Assembly (NCBI GenBank): GCA_963666985.2
Contig: CAXXIA010000002.1
Coordinates: forward strand, 1,024,001-1,088,000
Reading direction: 5' to 3'
DNA: 64,000 bases
DNA from: Spirochaetia bacterium
GTDB lineage: Bacteria; Spirochaetota; Spirochaetia; DSM-2461
Numbering within the stretch: the first letter of the stretch is position 1; the number at the start of each line of letters is the position of its first letter. The notes below the pieces were generated by a model that worked only from the letters and a program-made list of their open reading frames with translations, was not told where the DNA came from and made no database searches. The position numbers and the translations under genes were made by a program. Below, piece after piece: positions 9,563-20,031 of the stretch.

Positions 9563-10915
9563 TTATCCGTGAACACCGGACCGGATTTTCTCAAACATCA
9601 TCCAGCCATAGCGTTGAATCTTAATCATATTGCCGCCATGAAAAATCTGATCGGCATCCAAGATGTTTCGATACGCTCCCGCGGGAAGAGAAATCTCGGC
9701 CTCTTTTTCGGCGATATTGAGGGCGATGATCAGTGTCTGCTCTTCCGAATGACGCTGAAATACAAATTGCTCGCTTTGAACGCTAATCTGTTTATAGTCT
9801 CCAAACATCAAAGCCGGGCATCGCCTTCGCAATCCGGAGAGAAGACGAATCTGATCCGCAATCCTTTCGTCGGTCTTCGGAATCTCTTCCCATGCGGGCC
9901 GAAGATCCGAATCGCTCCGTTCGGAACGAGTCCCTTCGGCCATCCATTCGGATCCGTAGTAAATGGAAGGAATCCCCGGAATGGCGAATAAAAGAGCATA
10001 CACCGTAAAAAGATGCTCCTTAACCGTTAGAACGGATGCAATACGGTCGACATCGTGGTTGTCGACGAAATTATAAAGACGAAGATCCCCGCACAAGCCA
10101 TGGCTCCCAAAGAGACGATTCAGAGACCAGGCGATTTCGAAAAGATTTCGGTCGTTATGACTCGAATAAATCCCTTTATAGCATTCATAATTGGTTGCAG
10201 AATCGAGCAGGCCCGGCCCGGCGATGCTGCGATAATCGCCATGAATCATCTCGCCCATAAGCCAGAAATCAGCTCTTTTGGTTTTACAGAATGAAGAAAG
10301 ATCCCTGATAAACCGCCGGTCCAAAAGATACGCCACATCCAAACGCAATCCGTCGATATTCAAAAAGTCCATCATCCATTCGACGGATTGAAATAGATAA
10401 TCCTTCACCGCCTCATTCGCCAAGTTGAGCGTTACCAGTTCATTGTGCCCTTCCCAGCCCCGATAGGAGAATCCGTCTCCAAAAGGACTGTCCGAATCGA
10501 AATCGACATCCTTGAACCAATCGGCAGAAGGACTTTCCCGCCCTTCCTTTTTCAACGCTTGAAAAGCCGGGAATTCCCTGCCGACATGGTTGAACACTCC
10601 GTCGAGCACCACGTTTATTCCGCCTTTGTGAAGCCGATCAACCATATCTCGAAAAGAATCGTTATCCCCGAGCCGTCCGTCGATTTGACGATAATCGATG
10701 GTGTCGTAACCATGGGTGGAAGATTCGAATACCGGCCCGAAATACACGGCATTCATTCCGAGATTCCGGAGTTCGGCGATATACTCGTCCGTAATTCGCA
10801 GCAGATGCTCCGAATTTCCCGATTGATCGTTTTTCGGTAATACCCCCGCAAAACCCAAAGGATAAATGTGATAAAACACAGCGTTATCGAACCATCTTTC
10901 ATTCATATTCACCAT
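9563..10915 (-). CDS. GH13 alpha-amylase-family glycosidase (cyclomaltodextrinase-like)
   Basis: HGYDT, LDGVFNH, GLRLDVA, GEMIHGD and FVDNHD conserved regions; start may be 10906. Confidence 0.88.
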   Translation of the reverse strand: MVNMNERWFDNAVFYHIYPLGFAGVLPKNDQSGNSEHLLRITDEYIAELRNLGMNAVYFGPVFESSTHGYDTIDYRQIDGRLGDNDSFRDMVDRLHKGGINVVLDGVFNHVGREFPAFQALKKEGRESPSADWFKDVDFDSDSPFGDGFSYRGWEGHNELVTLNLANEAVKDYLFQSVEWMMDFLNIDGLRLDVAYLLDRRFIRDLSSFCKTKRADFWLMGEMIHGDYRSIAGPGLLDSATNYECYKGIYSSHNDRNLFEIAWSLNRLFGSHGLCGDLRLYNFVDNHDVDRIASVLTVKEHLFTVYALLFAIPGIPSIYYGSEWMAEGTRSERSDSDLRPAWEEIPKTDERIADQIRLLSGLRRRCPALMFGDYKQISVQSEQFVFQRHSEEQTLIIALNIAEKEAEISLPAGAYRNILDADQIFHGGNMIKIQRYGWMMFEKIRSGVHG

Positions 10916-10920
10916 CCAAT

Positions 10921-10936
10921 TATACCGTTCGGTATA
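10921..10936. promoter_or_regulatory. Palindromic operator TATACCGttCGGTATA overlapping a TATAAT -10 box of the GH13 gene
   Basis: Identical 16-mer also at 11526-11541; TATAAT on minus strand at 10924-10919. Confidence 0.75.
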
Positions 10937-10951
10937 TTTAAAGAAAAAAAA

Positions 10952-11515
10952 TTAGGAATAAATGCCGTGACTGAACGTTCTTACGGTTTCCGTAACCAAA
11001 GAATCGCTGAATGGAACCCGCCGTTCGGCCAATAGTATTCCATACAGATTCACCATGCCGAGAAAAGACGCCGTTAAAAAAATCTGGCGATTTCTCATGT
11101 TTCCATGATCTTCCGAAGCTTCGATGAAAATGCGGGTTACCGCTTCGGTAATCCGCTGCGCCGCGGGTTCCACCGCTTTTCGTGATTCACTTCCCGGCGG
11201 AGCCAGGAGCAAAGAGGCATAATAACGAAACTCCAACGGTCTTTTCGTCGCGTAACCGAAACAGTCCCGAGTAATGCAGGTTAAAGTGTTTGGAAGATCG
11301 TGGGCATAGAGATTTTTTTCCATCACCACAATCAGCGGCTGGGTTATGTTAAAGACCAAGGTATCCAAAATCCCGCGCTTACTCCCGAAATAATGATAGA
11401 GCGTGGGTTTCGTCACATCGGAACGCTCACAGATCTGCTGCACTCCGCAGCCTTCATAACTGAACTGCGCAAAGAGCTCCAAGGCATTTTCCAGCAGTAA
11501 TCGGCGTGTATCCAT
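10952..11515 (-). CDS. TetR/AcrR-family transcriptional regulator
   Basis: ALELFAQFSYEG...VTKPTLYHYFGSKRG HTH; likely start MDTRRLL at 11515. Confidence 0.9.
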   Translation of the reverse strand: MDTRRLLLENALELFAQFSYEGCGVQQICERSDVTKPTLYHYFGSKRGILDTLVFNITQPLIVVMEKNLYAHDLPNTLTCITRDCFGYATKRPLEFRYYASLLLAPPGSESRKAVEPAAQRITEAVTRIFIEASEDHGNMRNRQIFLTASFLGMVNLYGILLAERRVPFSDSLVTETVRTFSHGIYS

Positions 11516-11519
11516 CCCG

Positions 11520-11553
11520 TACGAATATACCGTTCGGTATACTCGTATGTCAA
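11520..11553 (-). promoter_or_regulatory. tetR promoter (TTGACA-18-TATATT) with overlapping palindromic operator
   Basis: TTGACA 11553-11548, TATATT 11529-11524; operator TACGAATATACCGttCGGTATACTCGTA. Confidence 0.75.
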
Positions 11554-11717
11554 GTCCGAACAAACCTTATCATCCCGATTAGAAGGCGTATGGGACTCGA
11601 CATTACCGGTTCCCTTTAGGATACTTACGGAAACTTCGAGGATATCGCTTCAGAGTTTCCCGCTTTTTTCAGGGAAAGAAGCACACCTCCATGCCGACAT
11701 CTGGAGTACGACAAACC

Positions 11718-12638
11718 ATGCTTAACTATGCTGTTATCGGAACCGGCGCCATAGGAGGCTATTACGGCGGCCGATTGGCCGAATCGGGAAAAAACGTGCA
11801 GTTCCTGGCACGCAGCGATGCGGAATATCTCAAAAAGAACGGATTAAAAGTCTTCTCCCCTCAGGGCGATTTCCATCTGAAAGAAATCTCGGTTTTTCAA
11901 TCAACAGAGGAGATGCATCCGGTCGACGTGGTTATCGTCTCGCTGAAAACCACATCAAACCAATTATTGCCCTCCCTACTCTCTCCCCTCATCTCGAAGG
12001 GTACCGCCGTTCTTCTGATGCAGAACGGTCTGGGGATGGAGGAAGAAGTCAGCTCTGTGTTTCCCGATACTCCGGTTATCGGCGGAATGTGTTTTATTTG
12101 CTCTCAGAAACGGGAACCGGGTGTGATTACCCATATGGATTACGGCGCCGTAACCATCGGATCCGCCGACAAGAAAGATAAAGAGATTCTTGCCGCTCTG
12201 GCCGACGACATGAACACCGCCCGAATACCGGTAAGAATTGCCGAAAATCTCGGAGAGGCCCGCTGGCGCAAACTGCTTTGGAATATTCCCTATAACGGCC
12301 TCTCCGTTCTTCTTAACGCCGATACAAAAGAAATTATGGACCATCCTTCATCACGCAAAATTGTCCGAAATCTCATGGAAGAAGTCGTGAAGGGCGCGGC
12401 CTCCCGCGGATACACAATCGATGAAGAAGAGATTAAAAAAATGATGGTGTACACCGACAAAATGACGCCGTATGAGCCGAGCATGAAGCTGGACTATGAC
12501 AACCATCGGGCCATGGAACTGGAATACATGTACCGAAAACCCCTTGCCGCCGCGGAGAAGCAAGGCTGTTCACTTCCCTATATCACCATGATGTGCCGGC
12601 AGCTCGAATACCTGGATGCACGGAATACGGAAAAATGA
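11718..12638 (+). CDS. panE: 2-dehydropantoate 2-reductase (ketopantoate reductase family)
   Basis: IGTGAIGGYYG, LMQNGLG, WRKLLWNIPYNG and PSMKLD motifs. Confidence 0.85.
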   Translation: MLNYAVIGTGAIGGYYGGRLAESGKNVQFLARSDAEYLKKNGLKVFSPQGDFHLKEISVFQSTEEMHPVDVVIVSLKTTSNQLLPSLLSPLISKGTAVLLMQNGLGMEEEVSSVFPDTPVIGGMCFICSQKREPGVITHMDYGAVTIGSADKKDKEILAALADDMNTARIPVRIAENLGEARWRKLLWNIPYNGLSVLLNADTKEIMDHPSSRKIVRNLMEEVVKGAASRGYTIDEEEIKKMMVYTDKMTPYEPSMKLDYDNHRAMELEYMYRKPLAAAEKQGCSLPYITMMCRQLEYLDARNTEK

Positions 12639-12777
12639 AGACAATCTGCCGTTTTGCACCCGCCTCGTACCCGCGGATTCACAAAAACCTGCCCGACCGT
12701 TTCATCGGCTAACGGGTAATCCGGTCGGTCGATCGGCGGACCGAACAAGCTTTCCGGAAATCATGCCGCGTTCTCAC

Positions 12778-14175
12778 TTAAAGCCGATAAAAAAGGATTT
12801 TGCGAAACAGGGTTTTTCTTGAAATCCCCAATTCCTCGGCTGTTTTCGTCTTATTCCCACGATTGCGAAGCAGAGCCTCGCTGATGATTCGAGCCTCAAG
12901 TTCTCCTGAGAATCGGCTCAGCGCTTCCTTCAAAGTTAAGGGACTTCCCTGGGGCGGCCAGTTTACATCGGCTGTGTTTTTCATTAAGGCCGTTGAGAAC
13001 GTCCCGGGATTCAAAGTTTCAATACTCTCCCCTTCACAGAGCAATACGGCCTGATTGACCAAATTTCTTAATTCTCGAATGTTTCCCGGCCATTGATGCC
13101 GCTTCAGCTTATCAACAAGATCCGGATGGATCGATCGGACTTTCTTGGCATATCGGTCATTGTAAAATTCGATGAATTCATCGATCAGAATCGGTATATC
13201 CTCAACTCGATTTCGTAAAGGCGGAAGTTCGCAAGTTATAACTTTCAGCCGGTAATACAGATCGTTTCGAAACCGCCCCTCCTGAATGAGCCGCTCAAGA
13301 TTTCTGTTCGTTGCGGCAACAACGCGAACATCCACCCGAATGGGACGAATCCCTCCCACCCTTTCAAAACTCCGCTCTTCCATAACACGGAGAATCTTGG
13401 CCTGGATTTCCGGAGTCATGTCGCCAATCTCATCCAGAAACAGAGTCCCTTGATGAGCCATCTCAAATTTGCCGGATCGCTGCTCAACGGCTCCCGTGAA
13501 CGCCCCTTTTTCATGCCCGAAAAGCTCACTTAAGAGAAGTGATTCGGATAAAGCCGCGCAATTCACTCCGACAAAGTTTTTATCTCTTCTGTTGCTTGTA
13601 AAATGAATATAACGGGCCAACAATTCTTTTCCAGAGCCGCTTTCCCCGGTAATCAAAACCGATGCCGGCGTATTTTTGACTCTGTCGGCGATCGAAAGAA
13701 CATTTAAAAAATCAGGATTGGAAGTCTTAATCTGTCTGATATCCAGTGTCTGACGAATCTCCGATTTAAGATAATCGTTTTCATTACGAAGCGCGATGAG
13801 TTCCAGATTTTTCCTTACCGCCTCTAAGACCGTTGTATTGTCCAGCGGCTTCAGGATGTAATCCGAAGCTCCGCATTTCATCGCCTGAACACTGCTGTCG
13901 ATGCTTCCGTGGCCCGTTATCATAATGACGATGACATCGGGGGCGATTTTTTTGATTTCTCTGAGAACTTCGATACCGTCGTCATTCCCCAATCGAATAT
14001 CCAGAAGAACGGCCGAAATCGCTCCGGTTCGCACGGCGCTTATAGCCTGCGGCCGATTCGAAGCGCGTTCAACGGAATACCCCTCCGCACTAAAAAGGTT
14101 TCCCAACGCGACACGGATTCCTTCTTCATCATCAACAATGAGAATGGAGGGACCGGGAGAAGAAATTTCACTCAT
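12778..14175 (-). CDS. Sigma54-dependent response regulator (NtrC family)
   Basis: Receiver domain, GESGSGKE, ELFGHEKGAFTGA, WPGNIREL, Fis-type HTH. Confidence 0.93.
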   Translation of the reverse strand: MSEISSPGPSILIVDDEEGIRVALGNLFSAEGYSVERASNRPQAISAVRTGAISAVLLDIRLGNDDGIEVLREIKKIAPDVIVIMITGHGSIDSSVQAMKCGASDYILKPLDNTTVLEAVRKNLELIALRNENDYLKSEIRQTLDIRQIKTSNPDFLNVLSIADRVKNTPASVLITGESGSGKELLARYIHFTSNRRDKNFVGVNCAALSESLLLSELFGHEKGAFTGAVEQRSGKFEMAHQGTLFLDEIGDMTPEIQAKILRVMEERSFERVGGIRPIRVDVRVVAATNRNLERLIQEGRFRNDLYYRLKVITCELPPLRNRVEDIPILIDEFIEFYNDRYAKKVRSIHPDLVDKLKRHQWPGNIRELRNLVNQAVLLCEGESIETLNPGTFSTALMKNTADVNWPPQGSPLTLKEALSRFSGELEARIISEALLRNRGNKTKTAEELGISRKTLFRKILFYRL

Positions 14176-16274
14176 TCCGCATTCCTATTAATAGGCAATA
14201 TCAGCGTAAATTCAGCGCCTTTACCGAGAGAGCTTTTCACTTCAATATCACCGCCGAATTTCTTCATAATCCCATAAACGATGGATAAACCGAGACCGGT
14301 ACCGACACCCTTCTTCTTTGTTGTGTAAAACGGATCGAATATTCTGTCTCGAATCTCTTCAGGGATGCCCGGACCGTTATCGCCGATTCTGATTCCCTGA
14401 TGGCCGGAATCAATATTCATTGTTTCAATAACGATCTTTCCGGAATCACCTATAGCCTGAACGGCATTCTGCAGAATATTCAGAATGGACTGACGAAGCT
14501 CGTTTCTCGGAACGGCAACGGTAAGAGATTCCTCCGGATGAGTAAGCATGATTCCAATCTTTGAGTTTTTTGGGATTCCATACCGAACCAAACGAACAAC
14601 TTCTTCAACACATTCCCGAATATCCGGAATAGACGATCCGTCATCGTTCGAGTTTGAGAATCCCCGAAGGTCATTGATAATGCCGGCGATCCTCCTGGTT
14701 TCCCGATCGATCCATCGGAGAGCGTCCTTGTCGAAATCATCGGAAGAACGGGTCATCAGCATCTGAGCGTTACTGAGAATCGTACTGAGAGGATTATTGA
14801 TTTCATGCGCAATCCCCGCCGAAAGCAGGCTGATGGACGAAAGTTTCTCAGCCTGAATAATCTTCTGTTCCAGATCGATTTTTACACTGATGTCGTCAAG
14901 TTCAATAACGCTTTTCCCCCGGCCGCCGTTATGATTCTCCACAAGCGGATACACCTTGACATCCCAGATAACATCTCCGTCCCGGCGTACACCGTTCCAG
15001 GTACAATCCCCGCCTTCGGCTATGGTACGGGCGGCGTTGAGAATTTCAGCGTCCAAAATGGAGGGAGCGACATTTTCAAGATCTTGCCCCTCGGGACTTT
15101 CGTCCGAAGAAAGGAAACACTCGTTAAAAACACTGTTGGATTTTTCTATCCGCAAACAGTCATCAACGACAAGAATGCCGGCTCGGAGTGAATGAATGAT
15201 TGTTTCGTTGTATTCCTTTAAAAAAGTAATCTCCCGAAGATTGGCGTCCAGCGTAATCTGATTTTCTTTTAAGTGACTGACCATCTCATTAAAGCCCCGC
15301 ATAAGCTGACGGATTTCACCCATGGCCTTCTCGGGGACACCGACGTTCAAATTACCGTCTTGGATTTCGCGAATAGCCATTGCCATATTCTGAATCGGGC
15401 GGGTAAGACGTACCGTGAACAGCAGAGAAACCAGCGCCGTTATCACAGCGGTAATCAAAGATACAAGGAGAACGATCCGGCCTATCCTGATCAGCAGGGA
15501 AAAATAGGGTTCTACCGACATGAAAACCAGAAGTTTTATCGGTCCCACTCTCTCAATATTCCCGATATTCCGAACCGAGACATGATAATGCCCTTTGCCG
15601 AAATTCAAATCGTAGCGTTCGCCGTAAGGCGGGAACAAATCATCAAGACCAAGTTCAAATGAATAATCTTCACCGTTTCCAATCGAGTTCCATATAAGGT
15701 CTCGGTTATATGAAATAAAAACACTTGCATGATCCCGAGTCGTCAAATTGTTGCAGAAATCTTCATCGATGTTTTTAAGAAGATAAACTTCGTAAGAATC
15801 GCTTAAAGTAAAAGCGGCGACAAGAAAAATATTGTCTTCGATTGATTTCAAAGAAATAAATGGGTGATCCCGATCGATTTCCAATTCGCTGAAATCGTCG
15901 ACAAACGGATAAGCATCGATTAAAACTTCAAAATGGTTCCAACTTCCTCTTCTGACAACGAAAGAATCAATCCCCGTATTCAGCAGAACCGTTTTTAAAG
16001 TATGAAAAAATTGGTTGTTTGCGTTCCATGTTTCTTCTTTCAAAGTGAATGATTGAAGGAGTTCGTTGTTCCGAATCTGAATCGAAGTTTTCCACATCAT
16101 CCGAACCCAGGAATTATAATTCTGATAAACCTGTGCAAACTCTTCTTTCAGTTCCTGCCGAGTTACCGCCTGATTGTTCCGGGATACAAGACCGATAATC
16201 AATCCGGCGGTCAGCAGGGCCTGAAATGTAATGGCCCCGATGAAAAACAGCAAGGTCCGTCCGTATATTTTCAT
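14172..16274 (-). CDS. Membrane sensor histidine kinase (extracytoplasmic domain, HAMP, PAS-like)
   Basis: Two TMs; AGIAHEINNPL, DNGPGI, FDPFYTTK and GTGLGL boxes. Confidence 0.92.
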   Translation of the reverse strand: MKIYGRTLLFFIGAITFQALLTAGLIIGLVSRNNQAVTRQELKEEFAQVYQNYNSWVRMMWKTSIQIRNNELLQSFTLKEETWNANNQFFHTLKTVLLNTGIDSFVVRRGSWNHFEVLIDAYPFVDDFSELEIDRDHPFISLKSIEDNIFLVAAFTLSDSYEVYLLKNIDEDFCNNLTTRDHASVFISYNRDLIWNSIGNGEDYSFELGLDDLFPPYGERYDLNFGKGHYHVSVRNIGNIERVGPIKLLVFMSVEPYFSLLIRIGRIVLLVSLITAVITALVSLLFTVRLTRPIQNMAMAIREIQDGNLNVGVPEKAMGEIRQLMRGFNEMVSHLKENQITLDANLREITFLKEYNETIIHSLRAGILVVDDCLRIEKSNSVFNECFLSSDESPEGQDLENVAPSILDAEILNAARTIAEGGDCTWNGVRRDGDVIWDVKVYPLVENHNGGRGKSVIELDDISVKIDLEQKIIQAEKLSSISLLSAGIAHEINNPLSTILSNAQMLMTRSSDDFDKDALRWIDRETRRIAGIINDLRGFSNSNDDGSSIPDIRECVEEVVRLVRYGIPKNSKIGIMLTHPEESLTVAVPRNELRQSILNILQNAVQAIGDSGKIVIETMNIDSGHQGIRIGDNGPGIPEEIRDRIFDPFYTTKKKGVGTGLGLSIVYGIMKKFGGDIEVKSSLGKGAEFTLILPINRNAE

Positions 16275-16304
16275 GTCAGACGATCTTGTCGCGAACCTCC
16301 GATT

Positions 16305-16982
16305 CTAAAGAAAACGGTCATACTCATTACAGAGAAGACGGTGGGGTTTTTCATCCTCTTCAATGGACGGATATCGCGGAAGGGCTTCATAAAAGTAATT
16401 GTCGGTTGCATCATCATTAACGGCACTGACTTCACCGGCCATAACCGGTCCGCCGCCGTTCTCGGCATAAAACCTATGAAAAACATCCTGTTCCAGACTG
16501 ATTGATTCACCGGGATTTAATCGAACTTCTTCTCCCGGTCCGAAGGTCTTCTTAACACCGTCGATGGATACGGTAACGGGATTTTGCGTGAAATGATCCG
16601 ACTCATCATGATGATACAATTCAAGAACAAGAGTTCCGCCGCCGCGATTGATAATATCCTCGATTTTACTTTTATGGTAATGAAACGGCGTTTCCTGATT
16701 TTCCAGGACGAACATTATTTTCTCCGCATAGGTTTTTTTCATATTTGCCGGGCCGCCGTTTCGGATGGTGATAAGCGTCAGGCCGCGATTGGTAAAATCA
16801 CCCGAACCCATATCCGTCACGTCCCATCCCAGCCGATTAAGGATTATTTCCTCAATGGCGGTTCTCTCGACAGATTTCCATTCATCCGGACTCCAAGAAA
16901 GCCAAGGCGGCAGATGGAACCCGTTCGTCTTAAAAAATCCTTCGGCCTTTTTTATGGCTCCGTTGATTTCGCTCCGTTTCAT
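16305..16982 (-). CDS. D-lyxose/D-mannose-family sugar isomerase (cupin)
   Basis: MKRSEIN, LGWDVTD, TIRNG, YAEKIM, PFHYHKSKIEDIINRGGG and GEVSAVNDD motifs. Confidence 0.85.
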   Translation of the reverse strand: MKRSEINGAIKKAEGFFKTNGFHLPPWLSWSPDEWKSVERTAIEEIILNRLGWDVTDMGSGDFTNRGLTLITIRNGGPANMKKTYAEKIMFVLENQETPFHYHKSKIEDIINRGGGTLVLELYHHDESDHFTQNPVTVSIDGVKKTFGPGEEVRLNPGESISLEQDVFHRFYAENGGGPVMAGEVSAVNDDATDNYFYEALPRYPSIEEDEKPHRLLCNEYDRFL

Positions 16983-17035
16983 ATCATTTCCTTTAATTGA
17001 CGGCCGCTGAATACCGCGGACAGCTTAGCATGTTT

Positions 17036-17791
17036 TTAAGCAACAGTTTCCGAACCGACGATGTAACCGACAATCTCATCGGAATTTGTTTTGCTTCTCT
17101 CCAAATCACAGACCTTTTCGCCCCTCCGCATCACAACGATACGATCCGCCACCGCGAAAACATCATGCATTTGATGACTGATAATAATAATTCCGATTCC
17201 ATGATCTTTTAAGGATTTCACCAGTTCCAAAACCTGATGCTGCTGAGCCACGCCCAAGGCGGCCGTCGGTTCGTCCATAATGAGGCATTTGGCGTTCCAG
17301 TATATCGAACGGGAAATTGCCACAGCCTGACGTTGTCCTCCCGAAAGAGAACGTACATTGTTGCGCAGACTCGGGATTTTTATATCCAGTTTTTTCAGGA
17401 TGCCCTTGGACTCTTCAAACATGTACTTATGATCCAAAACCTTAAACAGTCCCAGGGCTTTTTTTGTTTTTTCCCGGCCCAAAAAGATATTCGAATAGAC
17501 ATTGAGGTTTTCGGCAAGAGCCAAATCTTGATAAATCGTCTCTATGCCTTTGGAGAGCGCATCCATGGGTGTGGCGATTTTCGTTTCTTCTCCCATAACG
17601 AAAAGACTTCCTTCATCCGGCTGATGAACTCCCGAGATCATTTTGATTAAAGTGGACTTTCCCGCACCGTTGTCGCCAAGGAGTGCGACGACTTCCCCCG
17701 GTTTTACATAAAAATCAACGGAATTCACGGCCACCAAACCGCCGAATCGTTTTGTCAGTCCACGGGTTTCCACCAGGTACTCGCTCTTCAT
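17036..17791 (-). CDS. Sugar ABC transporter ATP-binding protein (single domain)
   Basis: GDNGAGKS, IETIYQDLAL, LSGGQRQ, MDEPTAALG. Confidence 0.9.
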   Translation of the reverse strand: MKSEYLVETRGLTKRFGGLVAVNSVDFYVKPGEVVALLGDNGAGKSTLIKMISGVHQPDEGSLFVMGEETKIATPMDALSKGIETIYQDLALAENLNVYSNIFLGREKTKKALGLFKVLDHKYMFEESKGILKKLDIKIPSLRNNVRSLSGGQRQAVAISRSIYWNAKCLIMDEPTAALGVAQQHQVLELVKSLKDHGIGIIIISHQMHDVFAVADRIVVMRRGEKVCDLERSKTNSDEIVGYIVGSETVA

Positions 17792-18861
17792 GATTCCTCC
17801 TTATCGGTATAGGTTCTATCCGGAAATAACTGATCAATCAAAACGGCCGAGATAAGAATGATGCCGACCATGATGTATTTATCGAATGTCGGGATACCCA
17901 TAAGGCGCATTCCCGTTTCCAGAATGGCGATAATGACTCCGCCGAGAATGGTTCGCCAGACAGTCCCTTTTCCGCCGCTGAGACTGGCTCCGCCTATAAC
18001 AACGGCGGCAATGGAATCCAGCAAAGAGGAAGCTCCGGCATCGGCCTTGCCGGTAACATACATCAGCATGTAAATAATGCCGGAGATGGCGGCAAGGAAG
18101 GACGAGAGCATATATATCTTCACCAGATGTCTATCCACGTTTATACCGGAACGGACTGCCGAATCGACATTCCCTCCGATGGCATAGGTATGCTGACCGA
18201 ATACGGTTCGTTTTAACAGAAACGCAAGTATCCCGATGGCCGCGAAGGCGATAACGACAATGTTGGGAATAAGTTCCAGAACGAACACTCCGCGAGCGAC
18301 TTGCGGCCGATTAAACATGGAGAAACCTACACCGGAAGACCAGTAAAAGACATAACCGTTTCCTATCGCATTGGCCAGATGCGGCAGATTTTTCGCGGCA
18401 CCTTCCTTGATTAAAAGTTCGGAGACGCCATGACTGATTCCAAGCATCGCAAAGGTTGCGATAAAGGGCGGAACTTTCAGTTTCGCGACCATCAATCCGC
18501 TTACCAAACCGGGAATCAAACCGATAAGAAGAGTCAAAACAATGCCGAGAAGCAGTGAGATGCCGTCACCCATCCCGCTTTCGGTTAAAGCAAAGATAAT
18601 TTTCGTGGACACGATACTTGAAAAACCCATCAGATATCCGACGGAAAGATCAATGCCTCCGGTAATGATGACGAAAAGCTCCGCGGTCCCGAGAAGAAAT
18701 ACCGTGGTCCCAAAAAACAGCACCATTTGAAATACGCGGATACTGAAAAAACCCTTCGCCGAGAGACCGAAAAAAACGATTTCCGCAAATAAAAAAATCA
18801 GGGCCCATCGACGCCCGATTTCCAAAAGAAGGTTTTTATTTCGTAATAAGTTCGTCTTCAT
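17788..18861 (-). CDS. Sugar ABC transporter permease (RbsC type)
   Basis: ITGGIDLSVG, PPFIAT and AAVVIGGASLSGG motifs. Confidence 0.9.
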   Translation of the reverse strand: MKTNLLRNKNLLLEIGRRWALIFLFAEIVFFGLSAKGFFSIRVFQMVLFFGTTVFLLGTAELFVIITGGIDLSVGYLMGFSSIVSTKIIFALTESGMGDGISLLLGIVLTLLIGLIPGLVSGLMVAKLKVPPFIATFAMLGISHGVSELLIKEGAAKNLPHLANAIGNGYVFYWSSGVGFSMFNRPQVARGVFVLELIPNIVVIAFAAIGILAFLLKRTVFGQHTYAIGGNVDSAVRSGINVDRHLVKIYMLSSFLAAISGIIYMLMYVTGKADAGASSLLDSIAAVVIGGASLSGGKGTVWRTILGGVIIAILETGMRLMGIPTFDKYIMVGIILISAVLIDQLFPDRTYTDKEES

Positions 18862-18871
18862 TCAAACCTCC

Positions 18872-19978
18872 TTACAAAAAGTCGGGGAAAAGCTGATCAA
18901 TAACCACGGCGATTATCAAAAGCAGCCCGACGGCGATAAATCGGTAGAAGGGTTCCACACCCGAAATAAGCAAACCGTTTTCCAAGAATGCAATGAGCAG
19001 CACGCCGACAAAGGAACCGATAATGCTTCCTTTCCCGCCTAACAGGCTTGCTCCGCCGATAACAACGGCCGCAACCGCAAAGAGTTCATACATGGCTCCG
19101 AAAGGAGTGAAATTCCCTATACCGGTCTGAAATACATTGAAGATTCCGGCAAGGCCGGCAATAAATGAAGAGAGAACGTATATTTTTACAATATGCCGTT
19201 TCACATCGATTCCCGATCGAATGGCGGCATCTTCATTCCCGCCGACGGCATAGGTATGCTGACCGAATGTCGTATTCCTCAGTAAATGCCAAAGGATGAG
19301 AACTATAATTCCCAAAAAAAGAAAAGAATTGGGAATCAGACGAGTAAACTCTCGAATGGATTCGTTTCCGACGCCCTCAGGTAATCCGAAAAGGCTGATG
19401 CCGGTTCCTTTCCGAAAATAGAAAACATAGCCGTTCCCAATTTTAGTCAGCACATCGGGAAGCATAGCCACAGGGAAGCCTTCACTGATTTTCAGGGCGA
19501 TTCCATTGGTGATTCCCCACATACCAAGGGTTGCGATAAACGGCGGAACTTGATATCGGGCAATTAATAATCCGCTGATTAAGCCCGGTATCAAGCTGAG
19601 AACAAGTACGGCGGCAACGGCGGTTATGATGGCGGCGGCGGGCGGTGTCCCTTCTCCCGCCGCAAACATTACCTGAATAATTTTCCCCGCGGTCACCGAC
19701 GAAAAGCCCATTACGAAACCGACCGAAAGATCAATACCTCCGGTAATGATGACAAAAGTTTCGGCACAAGCCATTAATACGGCGATAACACCCAGATGAA
19801 TGACATTTTGGAAGTTTGTAATGCGAAAAAAACCCTTCCCGGTGAAACTGAAAATAACAATGAAAATCAGAAGAAAAAAGGCCGCCCAGTGATGAGCGAT
19901 AACAGAGAAAGCCCTGTTCCCTCGGATTGTATCGGCACGGCTGCTCCCCAAACTCGATTCCTCCTTCTTCAAATACAC
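18872..19978 (-). CDS. Sugar ABC transporter permease (RbsC type)
   Basis: ITGGIDLSVG, PPFIATLG and AAVVIGGASLLGG motifs. Confidence 0.9.
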   Translation of the reverse strand: MYLKKEESSLGSSRADTIRGNRAFSVIAHHWAAFFLLIFIVIFSFTGKGFFRITNFQNVIHLGVIAVLMACAETFVIITGGIDLSVGFVMGFSSVTAGKIIQVMFAAGEGTPPAAAIITAVAAVLVLSLIPGLISGLLIARYQVPPFIATLGMWGITNGIALKISEGFPVAMLPDVLTKIGNGYVFYFRKGTGISLFGLPEGVGNESIREFTRLIPNSFLFLGIIVLILWHLLRNTTFGQHTYAVGGNEDAAIRSGIDVKRHIVKIYVLSSFIAGLAGIFNVFQTGIGNFTPFGAMYELFAVAAVVIGGASLLGGKGSIIGSFVGVLLIAFLENGLLISGVEPFYRFIAVGLLLIIAVVIDQLFPDFL

Positions 19979-19985
19979 ATATTAT

Positions 19986-20017
19986 AAAAGAGGGAACCCC
20001 GAAGGGCTCCCCCTTTT
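19986..20017 (-). terminator. Stem-loop between binding-protein and permease genes
   Basis: AAAAGAGGGAACCCcgaaGGGCTCCCCCTTTT; typical intra-operon attenuating/stabilising hairpin. Confidence 0.55.
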
Positions 20018-20031
20018 CCGGACGGATGGAA

